DNA from: Candidatus Magasanikbacteria bacterium RIFCSPLOWO2_12_FULL_43_12 | Lineage (GTDB): Bacteria > Patescibacteriota > Patescibacteriia > Magasanikbacterales > UBA922 | Direction of reading: 5' to 3' | Assembly: GCA_001783065.1 (NCBI GenBank) | Contig: MFQN01000019.1 | Location: 309-64,308, forward strand | DNA length: 64,000 nucleotides | In this document: in pieces, positions 45,636 through 55,154 of the stretch | Position numbering within the stretch: the stretch's first letter is position 1 | Layout: every line of letters begins with the position of its first letter | Notes under the pieces: generated by a model | Told to the model about the DNA's origin: nothing | Database searches by the model: none | Seen by the model: only the letters and a program-made list of their open reading frames with translations | Program-made: the position numbers and the translations under genes

Positions 45636-47072
45636 ATGCGTTTATTTGTGATTGAATGGGCAAATGGATTGCCGGAAATGGTTGATGTCATTAGGGAAAT
45701 TAAAAAAGACGGACATGAAATATCGTATTGGTCCGGTTGTAATCTTGGCCGTATACCAAAAGTTGAATTTCCCAACACAGTATTTCACGATCATTTTGAT
45801 GCTTTGGCCGGTCGGCCGGCGCCCGGCGTGGATGATTCGGAGTTCCCGCCTCCCGGTGAGGATTTGTTAGTTCAACTTGCCGATGTTGAGTCAACCACAC
45901 TGACCATGATGAACAAAAAATATCCAAGTTTATCGGTGGATGAACGAAAGCATTTTTATTATCATCTGGTAAAGTATTGGTCAGGAGTTTTAAAAAAGTT
46001 TCAGCCGGAAGCGATAATTTTTTTGGTGACTCCACATACCGTGTATAATTTTGTAATCTATTCTCTGGCCAAATTATTTGGCCTAAAAACCATAATGTTT
46101 GATGTGGTACTTATGGATGGGTATCGAATGATAGGATTGAACGACTATAAAAAAGGAAACAGCGATTTAGAAAACGCAATCGTCGGACAAGGACAAGATT
46201 ACTCGGTGTCTGACTTGGGCGCGGGAATTAGGTCGTATTATGAAAGGCAGACGAGTCAGCGAATTGATGCCACGCCGGCATATACCAGAGAATATGTCGC
46301 ATCGCGTTCCGGCCGCAATTTATTGCTTTTGAGAGTTAAAATAATTTGGAAAAGTATCGCCAATTTGTCTATTTTTAAGAAAATTTTTGATTTTGTGATG
46401 ACGGAAATTGGTTCAAACATGAAAAAAGAATATGTTCAAGTACAGACCGAACCGGGTTTCGGCAAACCATTTGTGTATCTGTCGCTTAATTACCAGCCAG
46501 AAGCCACCACCTCTCCGATGGGCGGGGTATTCGTGGATCAGCTCCTAATGATTGAAACATTGGCGGCCGCGATTCCACCCGATTGGTTGATTTATGTTAA
46601 AGAACACCCTGGTCAGTGGATAACAAATAGCAAGAGGTATTTTAGTTATCGTTATCGCGGTTACTATAAGGAGATTATCCGGTTGCCCAATGTAAGATTG
46701 ATGCCAGTGGTTACCAGTAATTATGACTTAATCAATAATGCTCGGGCGGTGGCCACGGTTACCGGAACGCCGGGATGGGAAGCATTGTTGAGATCAAAAC
46801 CGGTGTTAGTTTTCGGTTATCCTTGGTATCAGCATTGTTCGGGGGTGTTTAAGGTCAATAGCGCGGAATCATGCAAAATAGCGATTGAAAAGATTATCAA
46901 TGGTTTTAAAGTTGAAAAACAGGCGATAATAAATTTTTTATATCATTTTGGCAATTTATCATGGCCCGGGTATAATGACGAAAATACCAAAAAACTCGCG
47001 GCGATTGATAGCCGCGGAGTGAAGGACGGTTATGTAAGGTTTTTATTAGCGCAAATTAAAAAACAGGTTTAA
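45636..47072 (+). CDS. Second KpsS/Capsule_synth-like protein (putative ulosonic-acid transferase)
   Basis: LNYQPEATT, IYVKEHP and ATVTGT.GWEALLR.KPVLVFGYPWY motifs. Confidence 0.7.
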   Translation: MRLFVIEWANGLPEMVDVIREIKKDGHEISYWSGCNLGRIPKVEFPNTVFHDHFDALAGRPAPGVDDSEFPPPGEDLLVQLADVESTTLTMMNKKYPSLSVDERKHFYYHLVKYWSGVLKKFQPEAIIFLVTPHTVYNFVIYSLAKLFGLKTIMFDVVLMDGYRMIGLNDYKKGNSDLENAIVGQGQDYSVSDLGAGIRSYYERQTSQRIDATPAYTREYVASRSGRNLLLLRVKIIWKSIANLSIFKKIFDFVMTEIGSNMKKEYVQVQTEPGFGKPFVYLSLNYQPEATTSPMGGVFVDQLLMIETLAAAIPPDWLIYVKEHPGQWITNSKRYFSYRYRGYYKEIIRLPNVRLMPVVTSNYDLINNARAVATVTGTPGWEALLRSKPVLVFGYPWYQHCSGVFKVNSAESCKIAIEKIINGFKVEKQAIINFLYHFGNLSWPGYNDENTKKLAAIDSRGVKDGYVRFLLAQIKKQV

Positions 47073-47083
47073 TCATAATTATA

Positions 47084-47845
47084 ATGTATAAAGAACATAA
47101 GGAAAAAATTGTCGCCACCATTGAAGCGCGGATGACTTCAACGCGGTTGCCGGGCAAAGTGCTTCTGCCATTAGCGGGTAAGCCGGCGCTGGAACGATTA
47201 GTTGAACGTCTGAAGAGGAGCCTCTATATTGATGAAATCGTGGTAGCGACAACCACAAATCAGACCGATGAACCAATAGTGGAGCTTTGCGAGAGCTTGG
47301 GTGTAAAATATTTTCGCGGCAGTGAACTTGATGTTTTGAAACGGGTGTTGGGCGCGGCGGAGTCAGTGCGCGCTGATATTATCGTAGAGATTACCGGCGA
47401 TTGTCCATTGATGGATTGGCGCATAGTAGATCGCGGGATTGAGGAATTTTATTCTCAAAATGTTGATTATGCGGCTAATATGATTCCTCTGATTACTTAT
47501 CCCGTCGGGTTTGATGTGCAGGTTTTTCCGGTCCGTGTTTTAGCCGAGGTTGATAAATTAACTAGCGATCCGATAGATCGCGTGCATGTTTCCTATTATA
47601 TTTATCACCATCCTGACCGATATAAGCTGGGAAGCTGGCTGGCTCCGGCCGAAGCGAGTGGTCCGGCTATGCGGTTAACCCTTGACGAACTATCGGATTA
47701 TAAGCTGATCGATGAGATTTTTAGAAATTTATTACCAGTAGACGAAGATTTTAGCGTCGTTAAGGTTGTGGAGTTTCTTAACAAGAATAGACACTTATTA
47801 GAAATTAATAAACATGTCAAAGATAAAGACCCGCGGCAGGGTTAA
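47084..47845 (+). CDS. spsF: SpsF-like acylneuraminate cytidylyltransferase family protein
   Basis: EARMTSTRLPGKVL, RGSE.DVL.R, ITGDCPL and RLTLD motifs. Confidence 0.85.
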   Translation: MYKEHKEKIVATIEARMTSTRLPGKVLLPLAGKPALERLVERLKRSLYIDEIVVATTTNQTDEPIVELCESLGVKYFRGSELDVLKRVLGAAESVRADIIVEITGDCPLMDWRIVDRGIEEFYSQNVDYAANMIPLITYPVGFDVQVFPVRVLAEVDKLTSDPIDRVHVSYYIYHHPDRYKLGSWLAPAEASGPAMRLTLDELSDYKLIDEIFRNLLPVDEDFSVVKVVEFLNKNRHLLEINKHVKDKDPRQG

Positions 47846-48806
47846 AAAATATCGGGCGGCAATTATCGGCGCTGGGCGAATCGGCAGCGGCTTTGATAAT
47901 TCACGTACGGCGGCAGTGGCTACCCATGCTCATGCTTTCAAAAATAATCCTCGCGTAGAGTTGGTTGGTTTTTTTGACATACAGCCGGAAAAAGCGCGCG
48001 CCGCCGCCAAGAAATGGTCGGTACTGGCTTATAAAAATTTAAATGATTTGTTGGCCGATAAGCCGGATCTAATCAGCATTTGCACCCCTGATGCGGATCA
48101 TTACCCCACGTTATTAAAAGTTTTATCTTCCAAGCCGCGCTTGATTATTTGCGAAAAACCATTGACCGCGAATATCAGGCAGGCCCGGCTGGTTGCCGAA
48201 AAAATTGTTAAAATGAATATACCGATTTTAGTAAATTATTCCCGCCGTTTTGATTCTACAATCCAAAAGTGCCGACTGGACATAAAGAAGAAAAAATATG
48301 GAAAGGTTATAAGCGCTGTGGGCGTTTATAATAAAGGACTGCTTCACACCGGTTCTCATCTGATAGATTTCGCCCGATATTTATTTGGCGATGTCTTGGA
48401 TTGCCAGGCGCTGAATGCGATTTTTGATTATCATCGCAACGATCCAAGTGTTGGGGGGTGGTTAAAATTAGAAGATTGCCCGAGTTTAAATTTGGTTGTT
48501 GGCGATAGCCGCTATTATGAAATTTTTGAAATGGATATACTTCTGGAAAAAGCACGACTGCGTTTTACGAATTTTGGCTCTGTTCTGGCTGTCCAAAAAA
48601 TTGCCAAAGACAAATCATATCCTGAATTTTCTGTATTAGGCAGGCCAAAAGAAACGGCCGTCAAACTGAATCGGGCGGCTGTCGGTCTGGCGGGGAATGC
48701 GGTAAATTTTTTGGACAAAAAAGTCGATTTATTATGTGCCGGGCAAGACGCTTTAAAGACGCAGATTGTCTGCGGTGATTTATTGAAAGGATTAAAAAAT
48801 AAATAA
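47814..48806 (+). CDS. Gfo/Idh/MocA-family NAD(P)-dependent oxidoreductase
   Basis: IIGAGRIG, ICTP...H, CEKP, VNYSRRF and HTGSHLID motifs. Confidence 0.88.
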   Translation: MSKIKTRGRVKKYRAAIIGAGRIGSGFDNSRTAAVATHAHAFKNNPRVELVGFFDIQPEKARAAAKKWSVLAYKNLNDLLADKPDLISICTPDADHYPTLLKVLSSKPRLIICEKPLTANIRQARLVAEKIVKMNIPILVNYSRRFDSTIQKCRLDIKKKKYGKVISAVGVYNKGLLHTGSHLIDFARYLFGDVLDCQALNAIFDYHRNDPSVGGWLKLEDCPSLNLVVGDSRYYEIFEMDILLEKARLRFTNFGSVLAVQKIAKDKSYPEFSVLGRPKETAVKLNRAAVGLAGNAVNFLDKKVDLLCAGQDALKTQIVCGDLLKGLKNK

Positions 48807-48807
48807 T

Positions 48808-50121
48808 ATGTCTGAATTAGCGATTTTTGGCGGCCAGCCGGTTAGAAAAAAACTTTTCCCCGCTTATCGGGTGATTGGACAAGAAGAAAAAGACGCGGTT
48901 AATCGAGTAATGGATTCGGGAATTTTATCGCGTTATTTAGGTTGCTGGCATGATGACTTTTACGGCGGCCCAGAAGTGCGCTCGCTGGAAAAAGAGTGGA
49001 GTGAGTATTTTGGGGTTAAACACGCTATGGTTGTTAATTCTTGCACCTCTGGATTAATCGCCGCCATTGGCGCTGTCGGTATTAGTTTTGGCGATGAAGT
49101 CATTGTCTCGCCATATACTATGGCGGCGTCAGCAACCGCCCCCCTGTGGTATGGCGGCATTCCGGTCTTTGCGGATATTGAACCGGAGCATTTTTGTCTT
49201 GATCCGGTATCGGTGCGCGCTAAAATAACGGAGCGCACCAAAGCGATTATTGTCGTTGATATTTTTGGCCAGCCGTACGATGCTGAAGCGATCAATGCTA
49301 TTGCCAAGGAGCATAATTTGATTGTCATTGAAGATTGCGCCCAAGCTCCGGGAGCAAAATATCGCGGACGGTTTGCCGGCACTCTGGGGGATGTCGGCGT
49401 TTTTTCTTTGAACTATCATAAACATATTCATACTGGCGAGGGCGGGATAGTAGTAACCAATAATGACAAATTAGCTGAACGGGTGCGGTTGATTTGTAAT
49501 CACGCTGAAGCGGTTGTTGAGGATAAGGGGGTGGCGGATTTAACTAATATGGTCGGCCTTAATTTTCGTTTAACGGAAATTCAAGCGGCGATCGGCCGCG
49601 AACAGCTGAAAAAACTTGATAGACTGACAAAGGAAAGAATTGATAACTGTAGTTATTTGACGGGACGGTTAAATGGTTTTCCCGGCATTCGCAGTCCGCG
49701 GGTGCGCGCCGAGTCCTCTCACGTGTATTATGTTCAGCCATTTTTATACAATGAAAATGAAGCAGGAGTGGAACGGAATAAATTTATTGCTGCCGTTAAA
49801 GCCGAATTGCCGGTGACCGAGCTCCGTGAGGCGGAAGGTCAGCAGATAAGTTGCGGCTATGCCAAACCTTTATATCTGCTGCCTTTGTTTCAAAAGAGAA
49901 TCGCTTTTGGAAATAATGGATATCCGTTTAATTCAGCCGCGGCAACAGTTTCGTATCAAAAAGGAATTTGTCCGGTTACGGAACGTTTGTATGAAAAAGA
50001 ATTGTTCCTGCATGAATTCATGCGTCCGCCCGCCACCAGAGATGATTTGGATGATGTTGTAAGAGCCTTTCAAAAAGTTTATGAATTTAAGGATGAATTA
50101 AAAAAAAATGATGAGCAATAA
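48808..50121 (+). CDS. DegT/DnrJ/EryC1/StrS PLP sugar aminotransferase
   Basis: LAIFGG.PV, IEDCAQA, SLNYHKHIHTGEGG and NFRLTEIQAAIG motifs. Confidence 0.9.
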   Translation: MSELAIFGGQPVRKKLFPAYRVIGQEEKDAVNRVMDSGILSRYLGCWHDDFYGGPEVRSLEKEWSEYFGVKHAMVVNSCTSGLIAAIGAVGISFGDEVIVSPYTMAASATAPLWYGGIPVFADIEPEHFCLDPVSVRAKITERTKAIIVVDIFGQPYDAEAINAIAKEHNLIVIEDCAQAPGAKYRGRFAGTLGDVGVFSLNYHKHIHTGEGGIVVTNNDKLAERVRLICNHAEAVVEDKGVADLTNMVGLNFRLTEIQAAIGREQLKKLDRLTKERIDNCSYLTGRLNGFPGIRSPRVRAESSHVYYVQPFLYNENEAGVERNKFIAAVKAELPVTELREAEGQQISCGYAKPLYLLPLFQKRIAFGNNGYPFNSAAATVSYQKGICPVTERLYEKELFLHEFMRPPATRDDLDDVVRAFQKVYEFKDELKKNDEQ

Positions 50122-50830
50122 TTTGGAGAAAGTTATAATTTTATCTACCATTGGCAGTGAAATCTTGCCGCTCTTATTGTCGGCCATGGAAGCTCAAGGT
50201 ATCGCTGTGGGAGCGATTGTACTGGATGGTATTATTAGCGAAAAAAACAGAGAGATCGTTTTAAAAAGAACCTGCAATTTTTTTGATTGGCCGGATTTTT
50301 TTGATATTGAGAGATTTAACCTCCCGACTTATCTGGTTAAAAATCATAATGGCGAAAACTGTTTGCATTTATTAAGATCATTGAACTCTGACTTAATAAT
50401 TAATGGCGGGACTCCTCGGATTCTGAAAAGTCCGATTTTATCATTACCGAAACGAGGAATATTGAATTGCCACCCTGGAATTTTGCCAAAATATCGCGGT
50501 TGTACCTGCGCCGAATGGGCGATTTACAATGATGATGAGGTGGGAGCCACCTGTCATTTTATGACCGATGGTATTGACGCCGGCCCGATTGTTTACAGCG
50601 AAGCAATGGCCATTCATCGAGGCGATAGTTATGAAAAAATGAGGACAAATCTGATTTTTCACATGATTAAAGTATTGGTCGAAGGGACATCAAAAGTTTT
50701 GCGGCAACACCTTTCCATTGATAAATTGCCGGAGCAAACTGGCGACGATTATTTTAGGGTTATTTCTGAAGAAAAATTACAGATTGTCAAGCAAAAATTG
50801 ATACAGCAAACTTACAAATATTTGGGATAA
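50108..50830 (+). CDS. Sugar N-formyltransferase
   Basis: LNCHPGILPKYRG....W and TCHFM..GIDAGPI motifs. Confidence 0.82.
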   Translation: MMSNNLEKVIILSTIGSEILPLLLSAMEAQGIAVGAIVLDGIISEKNREIVLKRTCNFFDWPDFFDIERFNLPTYLVKNHNGENCLHLLRSLNSDLIINGGTPRILKSPILSLPKRGILNCHPGILPKYRGCTCAEWAIYNDDEVGATCHFMTDGIDAGPIVYSEAMAIHRGDSYEKMRTNLIFHMIKVLVEGTSKVLRQHLSIDKLPEQTGDDYFRVISEEKLQIVKQKLIQQTYKYLG

Positions 50831-50840
50831 ATAAATTTTT

Positions 50841-51824
50841 TTGATTACCATGAGAAATAAAAGCAAATTTTTAGTCGTTTGTCATGACACCGGCGGAGCG
50901 GAAATAATATCCGCTTTTGTTAAGTTAAGAAAAAAGAAAAATGATTGTATCTGCTTTATCTCCGGGCCCGCGGTTAAAATTTTTCGGCGAAAGAAAATAA
51001 AGATATCTATAATTAGACCAGTGATAAACATTGAACGCGTTCTCAAAAAATATCAGCAGATGCGGCTGACAGTTCTGACTGAAGTCGGCTGGTCAACGGA
51101 TTTGGGGATCAAAACGATTTTGGCGGCAAAGAAAAAAAGCATTAAGACGGCGGCCTATCTGGATCATTGGGTGAATTACAAAGAACGTTTTGGTTTTCCT
51201 CGATCCGATTGGGTGAACAATCTGCCCGATGAAATTTGGGTCGGGGATAAGGCGGCCTATCTTTTGGCTAAGAGAACTTTTCCATGTAAAGTTGTGATCC
51301 GCTATATTCCTAATCAATATTTTAGAGAAATTGAAGCGGAATATGATAAATCCGTAAAAATTAAACCAGCGTTGAATTTATTAATTGTCAGCGAGCCCCT
51401 TGGCGAAGCGATTAATAGTTATGGTCAGAAGTTGCCCATTTTATTTAATGAATTCAAGTGGTTGGAAATTATATTATCAAACTTAGCGCGAAGTAATTTT
51501 AAAGACAAAGTGATATTACGGCTTCATCCCTCGGAAGCAATGGACAAATATGATTCTATCTTAGCGAAATATGTAGATAAAATAAGATTAGAAAAGTCGC
51601 GTAACAGCAGTATAATGAAAGATTTGATCAGAGTTGATACGGTTATAGGCGCGACAAGTATGGCGTTGGTTGTCGCCGCCATTTGCCAAAAGAAGGTTTT
51701 TAGTCTGATTTTAGACAAATTTTTGCTTTTTTTTGTACCCAAACATCCCCATATATGCAAACTGCGCGCTGAACGGGATTTATTAGATAAACTTAAATTT
51801 GTCGGTAAACATCCCGGGGCTTGA
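50841..51824 (+). CDS. Conserved hypothetical protein, probable GT-B fold (ulosonate transferase/hydrolase-like)
   Basis: HD.GGAE, LDHWVNY.ERF, PDEIWVGD, RLHPSE and SMAL..A....K.V motifs; alternative ATG at 50850. Confidence 0.55.
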   Translation: MITMRNKSKFLVVCHDTGGAEIISAFVKLRKKKNDCICFISGPAVKIFRRKKIKISIIRPVINIERVLKKYQQMRLTVLTEVGWSTDLGIKTILAAKKKSIKTAAYLDHWVNYKERFGFPRSDWVNNLPDEIWVGDKAAYLLAKRTFPCKVVIRYIPNQYFREIEAEYDKSVKIKPALNLLIVSEPLGEAINSYGQKLPILFNEFKWLEIILSNLARSNFKDKVILRLHPSEAMDKYDSILAKYVDKIRLEKSRNSSIMKDLIRVDTVIGATSMALVVAAICQKKVFSLILDKFLLFFVPKHPHICKLRAERDLLDKLKFVGKHPGA

Positions 51825-51864
51825 TTTTTTAACATCCACTTGATATCATATTATAACGATATCA
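51821..51864 (+). promoter_or_regulatory. Internal promoter upstream of pseB overlapped by an inverted repeat
   Basis: TTGATT-N17-TATCAT with an extended TG; TGATATC-N10-GATATCA at 51841-51864. Confidence 0.45.
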
Positions 51865-51892
51865 CGACGGTTTTTAAATAATACCTTTTTGT

Positions 51893-52882
51893 ATGTCTCT
51901 TGATTTTTTGGGCGGTAAAACAATTTTAATCACCGGCGGCACCGGTTCATTTGGTCAGCGATGCGTTCGCATACTTTTGGGACAAAGCGCGGCCGCTAGA
52001 ATCGTGATTTTTAGTCGCGATGAGTTAAAACAATCGCAAATGCAAACTGAAATTTCAGACCCGGACGGACGGCTGCGTTTTTTTATCGGCGATATCCGCG
52101 ATGTAGATAGGTTGATTATGGCTTTGCAAGGCGTTGACTATGTTATTCATGCCGCGGCGCTTAAACAAGTGCCGGCTCTGGAATATAATCCGTTTGAGGC
52201 GGTTAAAACCAATATTATAGGCACGCAGAATGTGATTATGGCGGCGTTAAAGAATAATGTTGAAAAAATGGTTTTGGTATCTACTGATAAGGCCGCTAAT
52301 CCAGCCAATCTTTACGGAGCCACTAAATTATGCGCTGAGCGTTTGATGACCAGCGCCAATGCCTATTCAGGCAAGGGCGGGACAAAGTTTGGCGCTGTGC
52401 GTTACGGTAATGTTCTTGGCAGTCGCGGCAGTATTATTAAAATTATTGAACAACAGCGCGCTACCGGGGAGATTACTTTGACCCACGAAGATATGACACG
52501 ATTTTGGATTACGCTTGACCAGGGGGTGGAGGTAGTGATGATGGCGCTTGAAAAAATGTATGGCGGAGAAGTTTTTGTTCCCAAGTTGCCAAGCATGAAG
52601 ATTAAAGATTTTATCAGTTTATTAGCGCCGGATAGTAAAATAAAAATTGTCGGTATCAGGCCTGGAGAAAAACTGCACGAGGCATTGGTTACGCTGGAGG
52701 AGGCAAGGCACACGAAAGAATTTTCTAATCATTATGTCATTATGCCAGAGCACGATTGGTGGTTGGGTCATGATGTCTATGGTAGCGGCGTAAAAGTGGA
52801 AGAAGGATTTTATTTCGCTAGCCATAATAACGAGCAGTGGTTAGACGAAGAAGGAATGAAAAAATTACTCACTACTCTATGA
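51893..52882 (+). CDS. pseB: UDP-N-acetylglucosamine 4,6-dehydratase (inverting)
   Basis: ITGGTGSFG, SRDELKQ, HAAALKQVP..EYNP.E, STDKA.NP.NLYGATK, RYGNV.GSRGS, MTRFWI and IRPGEKLHE motifs. Confidence 0.93.
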   Translation: MSLDFLGGKTILITGGTGSFGQRCVRILLGQSAAARIVIFSRDELKQSQMQTEISDPDGRLRFFIGDIRDVDRLIMALQGVDYVIHAAALKQVPALEYNPFEAVKTNIIGTQNVIMAALKNNVEKMVLVSTDKAANPANLYGATKLCAERLMTSANAYSGKGGTKFGAVRYGNVLGSRGSIIKIIEQQRATGEITLTHEDMTRFWITLDQGVEVVMMALEKMYGGEVFVPKLPSMKIKDFISLLAPDSKIKIVGIRPGEKLHEALVTLEEARHTKEFSNHYVIMPEHDWWLGHDVYGSGVKVEEGFYFASHNNEQWLDEEGMKKLLTTL

Positions 52883-53982
52883 TTCCGTATGGACGCCAAC
52901 ACCTTGATCAAAACGATGTTCAAGCTGTGCGAAAAGTTTTAATGTCTGATTTTTTGACGCAAGGTCCAAAAATTAAGGAATTTGAAAAAACGCTTTGTCA
53001 TTATACCGGAGCCAGATACGCGGTGGCCGCAGTCAACGGCACGGCCGCCCTGCACCTATCGTATTTAGCGGCCAATATTGGCGGCGGCGATGAGGTAATA
53101 ACCACCCCCAATACATTTGTCGCCACTACTAATATGCTGTTGGCAGTCGGCGCCAAACCGGTTTTTTGCGATATTCGGCTGGATACCTACAATATTGATG
53201 AGGGTAAAATTGAAAAGTTGATTACTTCAAAAACACGCGCTATTGTGGCGGTGCATTTCGCCGGACAGCCATGCGCCATGAGGAAAATTTTAAAGCTCGC
53301 TAAAAAGTACAAACTGATAGTGATTGAAGACGCGGCGCATGCTCTCGGCGCGGTGTGTAACGGCAAAAAAATCGGCAGCCTCAATAGCGACATGACAACT
53401 TTTAGTTTTCATCCGGTAAAATCTATCACCACCGGCGAGGGTGGCGCGGTTTTAACCGATAACCCGGATTATTATAAAAAGTTGATTTTGTTACGGAGTC
53501 ATGGGATTGAAAAGGACGCGCATGGTTTCAATGTCATGAGCCAACTGGGGTATAATTATCGTTTAACAGATATTCAAGCCGCGCTTGGCATAAGCCAGCT
53601 TAAGAAGTTGGATGCTTTCATCGCCCGCAGGAAGCGGGTGGCTAAATGGTATCAAGAAGAGCTGGGAAATGGCCGCGGTATTTTTTTACCGTCGGCAAGC
53701 GACGAAAGCGCTTGGCATATTTATGTGGTAAGAGTGAAGAATGGAAAATTGAGGATTTTACTCGCGGAGTATTTAAAAGAAAATGGAATCGCCACGAATT
53801 TTCACTATCCGGCAGTGTATGGGCAGCCGTACTATAAGGGACATGGATTTGCCAGAGTACATTTGAAAAATATGGAAGAGTATCAAAAAACATGCGTGAC
53901 CCTTCCTTGCTATCCGCAATTAACACACAGAGAAGTGAAGATAATTTCGGATAAAATTAAAGTTTTTTTGGAGAAGACGTGA
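52879..53982 (+). CDS. pseC: UDP-4-amino-4,6-dideoxy-N-acetyl-beta-L-altrosamine transaminase
   Basis: MIPYGRQ, LTQGP, EDAAHALG, FSFHPVKSITTGEGG and LGYNYRLTDIQAALG motifs; ATGA overlap with the pseB stop. Confidence 0.9.
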   Translation: MIPYGRQHLDQNDVQAVRKVLMSDFLTQGPKIKEFEKTLCHYTGARYAVAAVNGTAALHLSYLAANIGGGDEVITTPNTFVATTNMLLAVGAKPVFCDIRLDTYNIDEGKIEKLITSKTRAIVAVHFAGQPCAMRKILKLAKKYKLIVIEDAAHALGAVCNGKKIGSLNSDMTTFSFHPVKSITTGEGGAVLTDNPDYYKKLILLRSHGIEKDAHGFNVMSQLGYNYRLTDIQAALGISQLKKLDAFIARRKRVAKWYQEELGNGRGIFLPSASDESAWHIYVVRVKNGKLRILLAEYLKENGIATNFHYPAVYGQPYYKGHGFARVHLKNMEEYQKTCVTLPCYPQLTHREVKIISDKIKVFLEKT

Positions 53983-54009
53983 AAAAAGTATCGCGGAATT
54001 ATTTTTGCT

Positions 54010-54468
54010 TTGAGTATGCTATCGCTGAAATCGGCAACATTTAACGAGTTAAAATTTTTATTGGAATTGCGCAATGATTTTTTAGTAAGAAAAAATTCTT
54101 TTAATCATGATTCGGTAAAATTTGAAAGCCATCGTCGCTGGTTGCGGAGAATTTTATCCAATTCAAATCATCGTTTGTATATTGTTGTAGATAAACAAAA
54201 ACAGCCCATTGGTCAAGTTAGATTTGATCTGCGCGGACACACGGCAGAAATCAACGTCGCTCTTATTCAAGAAGCGCGCGGCCGCGGTTTTGGCAAAGAG
54301 GCCATTCGCGAAAGTTCAGCTTTATTTTTATCGCAAAATCCCCATTATAAAATTTTGGCGCGGGTAAAAGAAGATAATTCGATTTCTTTGAAAGCATTTT
54401 TAAACGTTGGCTACAAAGAAGAAAAGAAAAAAAATGGCGTTGTTTATTTAACCTTAAGACCGCAATGA
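54010..54468 (+). CDS. GNAT N-acetyltransferase (PseH-like)
   Basis: RND..VR..S, H..W, IGQVRFD, RGRGFG and N..S...F...G motifs; follows pseC. Confidence 0.75.
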   Translation: MSMLSLKSATFNELKFLLELRNDFLVRKNSFNHDSVKFESHRRWLRRILSNSNHRLYIVVDKQKQPIGQVRFDLRGHTAEINVALIQEARGRGFGKEAIRESSALFLSQNPHYKILARVKEDNSISLKAFLNVGYKEEKKKNGVVYLTLRPQ

Positions 54469-55154
54469 ATCAGCGCCTGTCTAGGCGGTTGGATTTTATG
54501 AAAAGATTAACCAATCAAGAAAAAATTTGGGGCGGTGGATTTGGCACGGAATTCACGCGACGCAATTATTCAAATATTAAAAACATCGCGAGTTTTGATA
54601 AACTCCATCGCGAAAATTTTGGCATCGGCCGCGAAGAATTATACAGAAAATTTATTGGGAATTTGGATCGTTCCGCCAAGATTCTTGAGGTTGGGTCAAA
54701 CATTGGGACGCAATTGGCTTTGCTTAGAAAAATTGGTTTTAGCAATCTTTATGGAGTTGAGATAAACAGGGACGCGGTCATAAAATCTCGTCATTTATTT
54801 CCGGATATAAATGTTGTCGAAGGTTCGGCTTTTGATATCCCTTTCAAAGACGGTTTTTTTGATTTGGTTTTTACCGCCGCGGTTTTAATCCATTTTCCTC
54901 GACCCGATATTAAACGAGTTATGAGCGAAATGTATCGTTGTTCTAAAAAGTATATTTGGGGTTATGAATATTACGCGGATAAACACACGGAAATAGTTTA
55001 CCGAGGAAACAGAAACATATTATGGAAAGGAAATTTTGCGGGAAAGTTTCTTAATTTGTTTAAGGATTTAAGATTGATAAAGAAAAAGGAAATGCCGTAT
55101 CTAAGCAGCGCGAATGTTGACATGATGTATTTACTGAAAAAAAATCGGATATGA
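54465..55154 (+). CDS. Pseudaminic-acid-biosynthesis-associated SAM methyltransferase
   Basis: T.QE..W.G.FG.E.T.RN, LEVGSNIG, FDLVFT..VLIH and EYY......YRG....LWK motifs. Confidence 0.85.
   Translation: MNQRLSRRLDFMKRLTNQEKIWGGGFGTEFTRRNYSNIKNIASFDKLHRENFGIGREELYRKFIGNLDRSAKILEVGSNIGTQLALLRKIGFSNLYGVEINRDAVIKSRHLFPDINVVEGSAFDIPFKDGFFDLVFTAAVLIHFPRPDIKRVMSEMYRCSKKYIWGYEYYADKHTEIVYRGNRNILWKGNFAGKFLNLFKDLRLIKKKEMPYLSSANVDMMYLLKKNRI

Noticed and set aside
48960-49431. Antisense ORFs of 100-140 aa (also 11379-11699, 12320-12685, 36940-37344, 40017-40415)
   Set aside because: They lie largely or wholly opposite well-supported genes, have no motifs and look like shadow ORFs.
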